64,000 bases of DNA from an uncultured Gammaproteobacteria bacterium (GTDB taxonomy: Bacteria; Patescibacteriota; Patescibacteriia; GWA2-47-26): positions 126,621-190,620 of the forward strand of contig CAZHIP010000001.1 of NCBI GenBank assembly GCA_964532925.1, given 5' to 3'. The notes under the pieces were generated by a model, which was given only the letters and a program-made list of their open reading frames with translations, was not told the DNA's origin and did not search any database. Made by a program: the position numbers and the translations under genes. Of this stretch, positions 1-7,688 are shown one piece after another (within the stretch, counting starts at the first letter, position 1; each line of letters begins with the position of its first letter).

Positions 1-153
1 GTGGAGTCAGCGTTGGCTTCCGCAGGGCTCAAGACCGCACGACTCGACACGCAAGGCCTTATTGAGCTCTATTACACGGTGTATAACCCCGAGACGTCCG
101 AACAACAGCCGCTCGTCAGTATCGATAAATTACAGGTAGCGACTCGCTACTAG
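1..153 (+). CDS. 3' end of an unidentified upstream CDS (partial), translationally coupled to the VirB4-like gene
   Basis: Frame 1 is open from the window edge to a TAG at 151-153, 2 nt before the next ATG. No recognisable motif in the 50 aa visible. Confidence 0.35.
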   Translation: MESALASAGLKTARLDTQGLIELYYTVYNPETSEQQPLVSIDKLQVATRY

Positions 154-155
154 GT

Positions 156-2039
156 ATGGCATTTTTCCAGAAAAAAAACTCAAACCCAACCACAACCGCT
201 CAATCAACGGAAGATCGTATTCAGATCGAAGAAGAGCGTGTCTATCGGCAAGGAGCAGTAACGGTCCGCGATATTATTGCACCTGCTTCGTTTGAGGTAA
301 CGCCCTCGTTTATCAAACTGGGTGATCAGTTTGTACGCACGATGTTTGTGGTGACCTATCCGCGATATGTTTCGGTTGGCTGGTTTGCACCGATTATCAA
401 TCTTTCGTTGCCACTCGACATGAGCATGTTTTTTTATCCGGTAAAGTCCGATGTCATTTTAAAACAGCTTAAGAAAAAAGTCGGCACGCTCGAAGCACAG
501 CTGTATTCCGACCAAGACAAAGGCGCACCACGTGATCCATTGCGCCAGACTGCGCTTCAGGATATCGAAAAACTTCGTGATGACTTAACGCAAGGGATTG
601 AGAAGTTCTTTCAGTTCGCGCTCTATGTAACCATTTACGCCAAGTCAAAAGAAGAGCTCGATAAAACTTCTGGTGATATCGAAGCAATGTTTGGTTCCAA
701 ACTCATTTATTCCAAAAAAGTGTTCTTCCAGGCGGAACAAGGATTTACCTCAACGACCCCATTGGGCATTGATGATCTTTTGGTTACCTTTAACATGAAC
801 TCTTCGCCGGTTGCTTCGTCGTTTCCGTTTGTCTCGGCTGACCTGACTTCTGATAATGGTATTTTGTACGGCATCAATCGTCACAATAACTCGCTCGTCT
901 TGTTTGATCGATTCTCGCTTCAGAATGCGAACATGGTGGTCTTTGCCACCTCAGGTGCTGGTAAAAGTTATGCCATTAAGCTCGAAGTGTTGCGTTCGCT
1001 CATGCTTGGTACGGATGTCATGGTTATTGACCCGGAAATGGAGTACAAGCACTTGTCTGACGCTGTTGGTGGAACGTATGTAAACATTTCTTTGGCATCT
1101 GATGCCAAACTGAACCCGTTTGATCTCCCGCGTCCGATTGGTGAAGAAGTTTCGACAGAAGATATTATCCGCAGCGCCGTTATTACCATTAAGGGCCTCA
1201 TGCGTATTATGCTTGGTGCATTTACGCATGCCGAAGATGCGCTTATGGATCGCGCACTGCTCGAGACCTATGCCAAGAAAGACATTACGCCACAGTCAGA
1301 TTTGCGCACCGTAGAAGCCCCGGTGTTGCAGGATTTACAAGAAGTGTTGGAGGGTATGGCTGGTGGCGCAGACCTTGCTGAGCGTTTGAAAAAATATACC
1401 ATCGGCACATTTGCGGGACTTCTCAATTCGCCGACCAACGTTGATGTCAAAAATCAACTCGTAGTGTTCTCTGTGCGTGACCTCGAAGACGAATTGCGAC
1501 CTATTGCGATCTACACCATCGTCAACTACATTTGGAATGTAGTGCGATCAGAATCAAAGCGCCGCATGTTGATCATCGATGAAGCGTGGTGGCTCATGCA
1601 GTATGAGGATTCGGCTAAGTTTATCTATGCGTTAGTAAAGCGATGTCGTAAGTATTATTTAGGTGTTACGACAATCACACAAGATGTAAACGACTTCCTT
1701 ACCAACCAATATGGCAAGGCTATTGTTACGAACTCTTCAATGCAGATGCTCTTAAAGCAATCACCAGCGGCGATCGATCTTATTCAGCAGACATTCATGC
1801 TTACCCAAGGAGAAAAGTATTTGCTTCTCGAGTGTGGTGTCGGCGAAGGCATTTTCTTTGCAGGTCAAAAACACGCCGCGATCAAGGTTGTCGCGTCGTA
1901 CACCGAAGACCAGCTTATTACCTCTGACCCTCGCCAATTGCTGGAGATTGAAAAGTCACGCAAAGACCTAGCTCGATCTCAGGAAAACCCAACAATCACT
2001 CAAGAACCATCGCCTCCAGCAGATTTGCCCATAGCTTAA
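156..2039 (+). CDS. virB4: VirB4/TrbE/TraC-family type IV secretion ATPase
   Basis: 627 aa. Walker A VVFATSGAGKSY and Walker B MLIIDEAWW are present. The N-terminal '...RTMFVVTYPRYV' region resembles Gram-positive-type VirB4 (PrgJ/TraE-like) proteins. Confidence 0.8.
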   Translation: MAFFQKKNSNPTTTAQSTEDRIQIEEERVYRQGAVTVRDIIAPASFEVTPSFIKLGDQFVRTMFVVTYPRYVSVGWFAPIINLSLPLDMSMFFYPVKSDVILKQLKKKVGTLEAQLYSDQDKGAPRDPLRQTALQDIEKLRDDLTQGIEKFFQFALYVTIYAKSKEELDKTSGDIEAMFGSKLIYSKKVFFQAEQGFTSTTPLGIDDLLVTFNMNSSPVASSFPFVSADLTSDNGILYGINRHNNSLVLFDRFSLQNANMVVFATSGAGKSYAIKLEVLRSLMLGTDVMVIDPEMEYKHLSDAVGGTYVNISLASDAKLNPFDLPRPIGEEVSTEDIIRSAVITIKGLMRIMLGAFTHAEDALMDRALLETYAKKDITPQSDLRTVEAPVLQDLQEVLEGMAGGADLAERLKKYTIGTFAGLLNSPTNVDVKNQLVVFSVRDLEDELRPIAIYTIVNYIWNVVRSESKRRMLIIDEAWWLMQYEDSAKFIYALVKRCRKYYLGVTTITQDVNDFLTNQYGKAIVTNSSMQMLLKQSPAAIDLIQQTFMLTQGEKYLLLECGVGEGIFFAGQKHAAIKVVASYTEDQLITSDPRQLLEIEKSRKDLARSQENPTITQEPSPPADLPIA

Positions 2040-2048
2040 CATTTTTGT

Positions 2049-2609
2049 ATGTCACGACGCAGTAAAGTACTTATTGGTATCACTGTCTTAGCAATAATTA
2101 TCGCCACGGTGGTTGCGTATTTATTGTGGAAAGATCGAGTAGTTCCTGTACCGAATGGTACTATTGCCCAAAATCAAACGCCAACAGCGGTAGAGGCTGT
2201 TCCGGGTGACCAGGTGCCTGCTACTACTCAAATCACCACGCCATTTGCCACTGCAGAAGCTACCGCTCGATCGTTTGTGGAGCGATGGGGGAGTTTTTCT
2301 ACGGAGTCAGATTTTCAGAACGTCCGTGATCTGTATTCTGTGATGACCTCTACGATGAAAACATGGGCAGATAGCTATGTTCGTGATCAGCGTAAAATAC
2401 AAGTTCCCGGGGACTTTTTTGGAGTGAGTACGCGAGTCATGAAAACGGAGGTGACCAAAGATACGGGAGATGCCGCGAAGGTGTTGGTGACTGCACAGCG
2501 CGTTGAAACAAAGGGCAGTATGGCACCGCGTAGTTATTATCAGACCATGGAAGTTTCACTCGTCAAAAATGGTAGCGGGTATTTAGTTGATGGCGCATGG
2601 TGGAAGTAG
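2049..2609 (+). CDS. hypothetical membrane-anchored protein (N-terminal TM helix)
   Basis: 186 aa. Hydrophobic helix LIGITVLAIIIATVVAYLLW. Starts 10 nt after the virB4 stop and its end overlaps the comFC start. Confidence 0.5.
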   Translation: MSRRSKVLIGITVLAIIIATVVAYLLWKDRVVPVPNGTIAQNQTPTAVEAVPGDQVPATTQITTPFATAEATARSFVERWGSFSTESDFQNVRDLYSVMTSTMKTWADSYVRDQRKIQVPGDFFGVSTRVMKTEVTKDTGDAAKVLVTAQRVETKGSMAPRSYYQTMEVSLVKNGSGYLVDGAWWK

Positions 2610-3304
2610 TTCAAAAAATGAAGGAGGCAATTTTTGATATTGTCTTTCCTATCGAATGTTTTCAGTGTGGTGTATATGGATCCTGGTGGTGTCAAAACTG
2701 CCAGGATTCTCTTGTGTTATTGCAAGACCGAACATGTCTGGGGTGCGGACGCAATGCAGTGCGTGGCGAGACTTGCTTTACCTGCTTGAAATCAGGATAC
2801 CCACTTGATGGTTTTTTGGCAGCGAGCGCGTACGATGAAGCTGCGGTGAAACAAGCCATTGGATATTTAAAATACAATGGTGTCCGTGATTTGGATGTGC
2901 CATTGGGCACTTTGATTGCGCGTACGTTTCTCGATTCTTCGATTGCGGAGGCATGGTGGCACATCATGTATGTACCGCTCCATGTGCGTCGCGAACGCAT
3001 GCGTGGGTTTAACCAGTCGGCGCGCCTTGCAGATGTTGTTTCACTTCAAACCGGCGTAGAAGTGTTGCCTTTATTAAACCGCATTCGAGCAACACACCCG
3101 CAACGGGAGCTCTCTGGAAAAGAACGCCGTGAGAATATGCAGAAGGATACATTTCGTCTGACAAACCCCGAGTTGGTAGCAGGGAAGAATATTCTTTTGA
3201 TCGACGATGTTGCAACAACAGGCTCAACGCTTACGGCCTGCGCACGAGTGTTAAAAACGGCCGGTGTTGCAAAGGTCGTTGGTTTAGTCGTCGCGCAAGG
3301 ATAA
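2597..3304 (+). CDS. comFC: ComF-family competence protein (ComFC-like: zinc ribbon plus phosphoribosyltransferase fold)
   Basis: 235 aa. N-terminal CxxC...CxxC pairs (CFQCG, CQNC, CLGCG, CFTC) and the PRTase signature LLIDDVATTGSTL. An alternative start is the ATG at 2618. Confidence 0.8.
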   Translation: MVEVVQKMKEAIFDIVFPIECFQCGVYGSWWCQNCQDSLVLLQDRTCLGCGRNAVRGETCFTCLKSGYPLDGFLAASAYDEAAVKQAIGYLKYNGVRDLDVPLGTLIARTFLDSSIAEAWWHIMYVPLHVRRERMRGFNQSARLADVVSLQTGVEVLPLLNRIRATHPQRELSGKERRENMQKDTFRLTNPELVAGKNILLIDDVATTGSTLTACARVLKTAGVAKVVGLVVAQG

Positions 3305-3332
3305 AGAAAAACCGCCCATGAGGCGGCATTCA
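3305..3332. terminator. bidirectional intrinsic terminator (stem CCGCC/GGCGG)
   Basis: AAAAAACCGCCcatgaGGCGGcatt. On the minus strand the same hairpin is followed by TTTTTCTTTAT, so it can end both the comFC operon and the minus-strand tRNA transcript. Confidence 0.5.
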
Positions 3333-3343
3333 CTAGCGTTCAT

Positions 3344-3440
3344 TCGGAGAGGGAGGGATTCCTCGGCCATCCGAGCCTCGCCGGGGCGCTGCGCACGCGA
3401 ACCTGCGCTTGCTCGGTTCTACTCGCGCCCTTCGAATCCC
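3344..3440 (-). other. tRNA-like remnant: an 18-nt exact copy of the tRNA-Ser(GCT) 3' end plus about 80 nt of GC-rich hairpins; not a foldable tRNA
   Basis: TCGGAGAGGGAGGGATTC at 3344-3361 is identical to 3467-3484, the 3' acceptor/T-arm region of the adjacent tRNA-Ser. There is no T-loop TTCGAAT and no matching 5' acceptor strand. Confidence 0.25.
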
Positions 3441-3465
3441 ATTATTTATTTTCACTTTGTTCAAT

Positions 3466-3555
3466 CGGAGAGGGAGGGATTCGAACCCTCGATACGGATT
3501 GAAACCCGTATAACAGGTTAGCAACCTGCCGCTTTCGGCCACTCAGCCACCTCTC
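3466..3555 (-). tRNA. tRNA-Ser (anticodon GCT), long variable arm
   Basis: Reverse complement reads GGAGAGGTGGCTGAGTGG...GGTTGCTAACC...GGGTTCGAATCCCTCCCTCTCCG. Acceptor GGAGAGG/CCTCTCC, anticodon loop TTGCTAA. Confidence 0.85.
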
Positions 3556-3572
3556 CAAGTAATACGGAAACG

Positions 3573-3601
3573 ATTATAGCCCAGCTAGTTGTTTTATTCA
3601 A
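3573..3601 (-). promoter_or_regulatory. sigma70-type promoter for the minus-strand tRNA-Ser (TTGAAT-17-TATAAT)
   Basis: Minus strand reads TTGAATaaaacaactagctgggcTATAAT, about 18 nt upstream of the tRNA 5' end. Confidence 0.6.
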
Positions 3602-3671
3602 CCGCGTGGTGTGAGGTAATGGTATTCTTAGCTTGTGCGATAACGAATACACAATGATTTTGCTATGGTGG

Positions 3672-3700
3672 TTGAACGAAACCCCAAGCTAGTATATAAT
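3672..3700 (+). promoter_or_regulatory. sigma70-type promoter for the plus-strand tRNA-Ser (TTGAAC-17-TATAAT)
   Basis: TTGAACgaaaccccaagctagtaTATAAT, divergent from the minus-strand tRNA promoter. Confidence 0.6.
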
Positions 3701-3738
3701 CTCGCCGTGGTCCTTATTGTGCTCTAATCGAGAATTGT

Positions 3739-3823
3739 GGAGGGGTGGCCGAGTGGTTTAAGGCAACGGTCTTGAAAACCGTCATGGCGCAAGTCATCGC
3801 GAGTTCGAATCTCGCCCCCTCCG
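3739..3823 (+). tRNA. tRNA-Ser (anticodon TGA), long variable arm
   Basis: GGAGGGGTGGCCGAGTGG...ACGGTCTTGAAAACCGT...GAGTTCGAATCTCGCCCCCTCCG. Acceptor GGAGGGG/CCCCTCC, anticodon loop CTTGAAA. Confidence 0.85.
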
Positions 3824-3825
3824 TA

Positions 3826-3856
3826 TAAAAAAGACACCGAATAGGTGTCTTTTTTA
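3826..3856. terminator. intrinsic terminator hairpin (AGACACC/GGTGTCT) with flanking A- and T-tracts
   Basis: AAAAAGACACCgaatAGGTGTCTTTTTTAG. It terminates the tRNA-Ser(TGA) and, read on the other strand, the convergent minus-strand gene. Confidence 0.6.
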
Positions 3857-3858
3857 GT

Positions 3859-4767
3859 TTATCGGGATCGGTCGCGGCGGTCATTCTTCTTGCGGGATTC
3901 TTCGAGCTTGCTGTCTTCTTTTTCTTCATCGTCATCGGGAACAGAGACATTAAGGTCTTTTTCTGCTTTACGGATGACCTCATGTTCACGTTTTTCGCGA
4001 CGAGCGCGTTGTTTTGAGCTAAAGGATGAGTCTTTGGGTGCGGTATTGCTCATCTTGTCTGTCACGACCGGTTCTTTTTGTGTACGAGTAGCATCTTGGT
4101 CGTCATCACGCTTGTCCACGCGTTCTTCGAGGTTTTGTCGGCGAGCATTCATGAAGCGTTCACTCTGCTCAATTGTTTCTATTATTCCTGCGGTTTCCTT
4201 TTGTGATTTTTTCATTTCTCGCAAGATTTTTTTGTGCGCATTGAGCGGTGCTTCGATGTTTGAACTTGCTTCCGCTGCGGCTTGAATGTTACCAGAGCGC
4301 TCCATGGTATCGATAGATTTTTGAATACGCTCTGTGTGCGCATTGATATCGAGATTCAGTGCAGAGAGTGTCTGTGGGTCAAATTTCTGTTGAGCGATTT
4401 TTTCTGCTTCAACGAGGCGGCGCTCAAGACGGCGTGTTTCCCAGGCGGCTTTTGCAACTGGTGTTCGTGCAATGGCGGAGCGGACTTCCTCGGTAACGTG
4501 TACCTTCACAGGGTACAGTACGTCTCCTGGCATGGTTCTTTCAGCAGCCGCAGCAACCCCACTACTTACGAGCGCTACGACGAGCGCAAGGCTAATACTC
4601 GTTGTGAATGAACGATGGAGGGTAAAGAAAGTCGACCATGCTGTTCTTGGTTTGATGTCGCCCACGCCAAGGAGCGTAGTAAAATGCGAACGCATCGCAG
4701 CGTGATCAGCGGGGGTGAGCACGATGCGATGTGCATCCTTGATCAGTTGTTTGAAAGACTTATTCAT
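3859..4767 (-). CDS. single-pass membrane protein downstream of the ECF sigma gene; putative anti-sigma factor (DUF5667-like)
   Basis: 302 aa. One TM helix (ISLALVVALVSSGVAAAA), a cytoplasmic N-terminus and a highly charged, coiled-coil-like C-terminus. Its start overlaps the sigma factor stop by 8 nt. Confidence 0.5.
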   Translation of the reverse strand: MNKSFKQLIKDAHRIVLTPADHAAMRSHFTTLLGVGDIKPRTAWSTFFTLHRSFTTSISLALVVALVSSGVAAAAERTMPGDVLYPVKVHVTEEVRSAIARTPVAKAAWETRRLERRLVEAEKIAQQKFDPQTLSALNLDINAHTERIQKSIDTMERSGNIQAAAEASSNIEAPLNAHKKILREMKKSQKETAGIIETIEQSERFMNARRQNLEERVDKRDDDQDATRTQKEPVVTDKMSNTAPKDSSFSSKQRARREKREHEVIRKAEKDLNVSVPDDDEEKEDSKLEESRKKNDRRDRSR

Positions 4768-5272
4768 ATGTTCCTAATTTGTCTCGGAGTCGTTTCAGTG
4801 CTCGATGTAAGCGTACAGAGACTATATTTTCTGATTCATCGGTAATGGTCGCAATTTCTTTTGGTCCAAGTCCGTTGATGTATCGGAGCACGATTACTGT
4901 TTTGTGTTTTTCGTCGAGCAGTGAATCGAGTTGTGCAATAATCTTCTTTCCGTCTATGGTTCCAAATATATTTCGTTCGTCATCAACACTTCCTACGTCA
5001 AAGCCAGTTTCTTCTTGCATGGCGTCGAGGGATTCCGCTGTCTTTTTCTTGTGCTCGTTGATAATGCAATTCGTTGCGGTTTTATACAGCAAGGCTCGAG
5101 GGTTATCAATGGTGTTCCCGGCGCTCGCGTATTGCCAAACGCGAGTAAACACCTCCTGGGTCAAGTCTTTGGCGCGTTCATAATCGTAGACGCGAAAGTA
5201 ACAATGGCGAAAAATCGCATCGCTCCACGAGTCATACCAGGAGATAAATTGTTCTTCTATTGGTTTGCCCAT
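4760..5272 (-). CDS. RNA polymerase sigma-70 family, ECF subfamily sigma factor
   Basis: 170 aa. Region-2-like DLTQEVFTRVWQ and region-4 helix-turn-helix ATITDESENIVSVRLHRALKRLRDKL. Confidence 0.85.
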   Translation of the reverse strand: MGKPIEEQFISWYDSWSDAIFRHCYFRVYDYERAKDLTQEVFTRVWQYASAGNTIDNPRALLYKTATNCIINEHKKKTAESLDAMQEETGFDVGSVDDERNIFGTIDGKKIIAQLDSLLDEKHKTVIVLRYINGLGPKEIATITDESENIVSVRLHRALKRLRDKLGTYE

Positions 5273-5459
5273 AGTATATGACAGCGTGGAGTCGTCTTTC
5301 TTACGGAATTGGCGACTTTTCGCTTAAAATAGCATTTTTAAACATACTCTATTTGTCTAGAATGAGCAATATGTAAGAAATAGTTGACTGGGTTGTCATA
5401 CATACCAGAAAAGGTCGAATTTCTTCTTTCCTTAATCATGTTCGTTAGAATATACATAT

Positions 5460-6191
5460 ATGAAACATTCACTAAAAACATATGTTGGTGCAGGTGCAAT
5501 GATCTTGTCTCTTGTTGCCATGATGCCATTTTCAGCTCTTGCAAGTAACGGCCAAGGCAAAAATCGCGATCACTCGGTGTCTATTCGTCCACAAATCGAT
5601 GTGCGTGAAACTGTGCAGGTTAATCCCAATGGTGAGGTTACGTTGCGCGGAGCTGTGAAGAGTGTTGGCACAGCAAGTTTGATAGTGAAAAGCTGGGGTG
5701 GGGATTGGACCATCAACATTGGTACGGGTGTGAAATTAATTTCTCGCGCAAACGCGGTGCTTGTTCTTGCTGATATGAAAGTTGGCGACGTAGTCACCGT
5801 GCATGGATCCATGAAACCGAATGCTGGTTTAACCGTGGATGCACGTCAGATTAAAGATCAGTTTATTCCTGATCGTGCAGTAGTAGTTCGCGGAACCATT
5901 GCATCGATTGATGCGAACACGCTGACAGTAAAGAGCGGTGATGCAACATGGACAGCAACCACTGCTGCAACCACGAAGTTCGTTGCTAAGTTTGGTGGTG
6001 TCACTACGCTTGCTGCAATGAAGGTTGGCGACGAAGTCATGGTCAAAGGTGTCTTGGCCGCTGGTTCAACCACCGCAATACAAGCAACAGAGATAAAAGA
6101 TATCTCACTCGTGTTGACGGTTGAAAAACCAAAAAAGATTAAGATGGACGATGACCGGTTTGATGATCGAGGTGGGCGCAAAAATCAGTAA
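5460..6191 (+). CDS. secreted protein with two tandem repeats of about 100 aa (DUF5666-like)
   Basis: 243 aa. Signal peptide MKHSLKTYVGAGAMILSLVAMMPFSALA. Internal repeat VRG.V.S...KVGD.V.V.G...IKD occurs twice. A TAGAAT -10 element lies 12 nt before the ATG. Confidence 0.5.
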   Translation: MKHSLKTYVGAGAMILSLVAMMPFSALASNGQGKNRDHSVSIRPQIDVRETVQVNPNGEVTLRGAVKSVGTASLIVKSWGGDWTINIGTGVKLISRANAVLVLADMKVGDVVTVHGSMKPNAGLTVDARQIKDQFIPDRAVVVRGTIASIDANTLTVKSGDATWTATTAATTKFVAKFGGVTTLAAMKVGDEVMVKGVLAAGSTTAIQATEIKDISLVLTVEKPKKIKMDDDRFDDRGGRKNQ

Positions 6192-6204
6192 GACGATTCT
6201 CGTA

Positions 6205-6236
6205 TAAAAACAGCCTCCATTCGGGGGCTGTTTTGT
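6205..6236. terminator. intrinsic terminator hairpin
   Basis: AAAAACAGCCTCCattcGGGGGCTGTTTTGTG. Confidence 0.55.
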
Positions 6237-6720
6237 GATATACTCAATTCTTATGCAGGATTCGTTTTCTTGGTCGGTAATTGAGCACGAGCATCATGAC
6301 CGTGGTTTTACCTGGTACTTGGCTGCTACCCTTGTCGGAGCGGCTCTGATCGTGTATGCTCTCATCACTGGGAATATCATGTTTGCGTTCATTGTCATCA
6401 TTTTTGCGATCATTTTGTTTATTTTATCGAGAATTCCGCCCAAATCACTGGTTGTCGTAGCAGCACCAAATGGTCTTTCTGTTGGTGACAGGCGGTACTC
6501 ATGGAAAGAAATTAAGAACTTCTGGATGGTGTATGATCCACCAGAGGTAAAAAGCCTCTATATTGAGTTTGTCGGCGGCCTACGTTCACACCTGCTGTTG
6601 GGGCTCAATGAGGTGGATCCAGTTGCAATTCGTGAGTTTTTGTTGCAATATATCCTCGAAGATGAAACTAAGCTAGAAGAGCCATTCATCGACTGGTTGA
6701 GTCGTCGTCTCAAGATCTAG
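6235..6720 (+). CDS. hypothetical integral membrane protein
   Basis: 161 aa with two or three hydrophobic helices (LAATLVGAALIVYALITGNIMFAFIVIIFAIILFIL). Confidence 0.45.
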   Translation: MIYSILMQDSFSWSVIEHEHHDRGFTWYLAATLVGAALIVYALITGNIMFAFIVIIFAIILFILSRIPPKSLVVVAAPNGLSVGDRRYSWKEIKNFWMVYDPPEVKSLYIEFVGGLRSHLLLGLNEVDPVAIREFLLQYILEDETKLEEPFIDWLSRRLKI

Positions 6721-6752
6721 TGCGTAGAACGAGCGGTTTTCCATCAAAGTGT

Positions 6753-6824
6753 GCCCTCGTCGTTCAATGGATAGGACACAAGCTTGCGGAGCCTGTGATA
6801 TAGGTTCGATTCCTATCGAGGGCA
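6753..6824 (+). tRNA. tRNA-Arg, anticodon read as GCG (unusual)
   Basis: GCCCTCGtcGTTCaatggataGGACaCAAGCttGCGgaGCCTGtgatATAGGttcgattCCTATCGAGGGCa. Acceptor GCCCTCG/CGAGGGC, T-arm ATAGG-TTCGATT-CCTAT, one A/C mismatch in the anticodon stem. Folded by hand. Confidence 0.6.
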
Positions 6825-6847
6825 GATTTTAGTGGAATACCAAACAA

Positions 6848-7651
6848 CTAGGGGAGCAGATAATACTGCTTCCTTTTTTGTATAAGACCTTCTGTTTCGA
6901 GTCCAGAAAGCACTTTTGCTAAGATTGCTGGGTCAGCATTAATCTCTTTTTGCATCGAGAGAAGAGTCATTTGTTCTTTGGATGTGAGCAATTTTAAGAT
7001 ATTCCCGCGTATCTGTCGGGTTGAGCCTTCAAATGCTGATTGCCGTACATAATGAGCACTCTGCCGATTGGGGTTTACAACTGTCTTTGGAAGAATCGAT
7101 CCGTAGTCCATAAGCGCGCTGTACCATTCTCTGGCTCGGTTGTGGGGTAGTGATTTTTCTACCAGTGGCAAAAGTTTTTTGTCAGACACGTTTTTTGTGC
7201 GCGGAAAAAAATGATGAATAAAAACGCGGCGAATGTTGGTTTCGATAAATACTACAGGGGTGTTAAACGCAAATGCAGGAATCGAACGCGCTGTTGCTGG
7301 CCCAATACCAGGAAGCTTCACTAGTTCTTCTGGGGTATTGGGTAAGATGCCATTATAATCACGCACAATAATCTGTGCTGCGCGATGCAGAAATAATCCG
7401 CGACGGTTATAGCCAAGTCCTTGCCACGCCTTCAAAACATCACCAGCGGTTGCGTTCGCTAACGCTTGGAAAGAAGGAAACTGCTCTGTGAATTCTTTGT
7501 ATTTTATGATGACGCGTGGCACCTGAGTCTGTTGAAGCATGACCTCGGAAATGAAAATACAATAGGGGTCAGTGGTATGACGCCACGGTAGATCACGGCC
7601 ATGTTTTTTATAGTAATCCCAAACGAGTGCTTGAAAGGCTTTGATCTCCAT
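6848..7651 (-). CDS. mutY: HhH-GPD base-excision glycosylase, MutY/endonuclease III-like, apparently lacking the [4Fe-4S] cysteine cluster
   Basis: 267 aa. The N-terminus (LPWRHTTDPYCIFISEVMLQQTQV) matches the MutY helix-hairpin-helix core. The whole protein has only one Cys. Confidence 0.7.
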   Translation of the reverse strand: MEIKAFQALVWDYYKKHGRDLPWRHTTDPYCIFISEVMLQQTQVPRVIIKYKEFTEQFPSFQALANATAGDVLKAWQGLGYNRRGLFLHRAAQIIVRDYNGILPNTPEELVKLPGIGPATARSIPAFAFNTPVVFIETNIRRVFIHHFFPRTKNVSDKKLLPLVEKSLPHNRAREWYSALMDYGSILPKTVVNPNRQSAHYVRQSAFEGSTRQIRGNILKLLTSKEQMTLLSMQKEINADPAILAKVLSGLETEGLIQKRKQYYLLP

Positions 7652-7688
7652 ATCAGACAGATTTTTAGTATGCTACCATACTTTAGAT

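Noticed and set aside
3344-3440. Possible tRNA-Sec (about 95 nt, long arm)
   Set aside because: No UCA anticodon anywhere in the segment, no T-loop TTCGAAT and no complementary 5' acceptor strand.
3318-3542. ORFs 3318..3521 (+) and 3333..3542 (-), about 67-69 aa each
   Set aside because: They overlap the minus-strand tRNA-Ser gene and its duplicated 3' fragment. GC-rich hairpin DNA gives open frames by chance.
3714-3989. 91-aa minus-strand ORF
   Set aside because: It runs antisense through the plus-strand tRNA-Ser(TGA), its promoter and its terminator.
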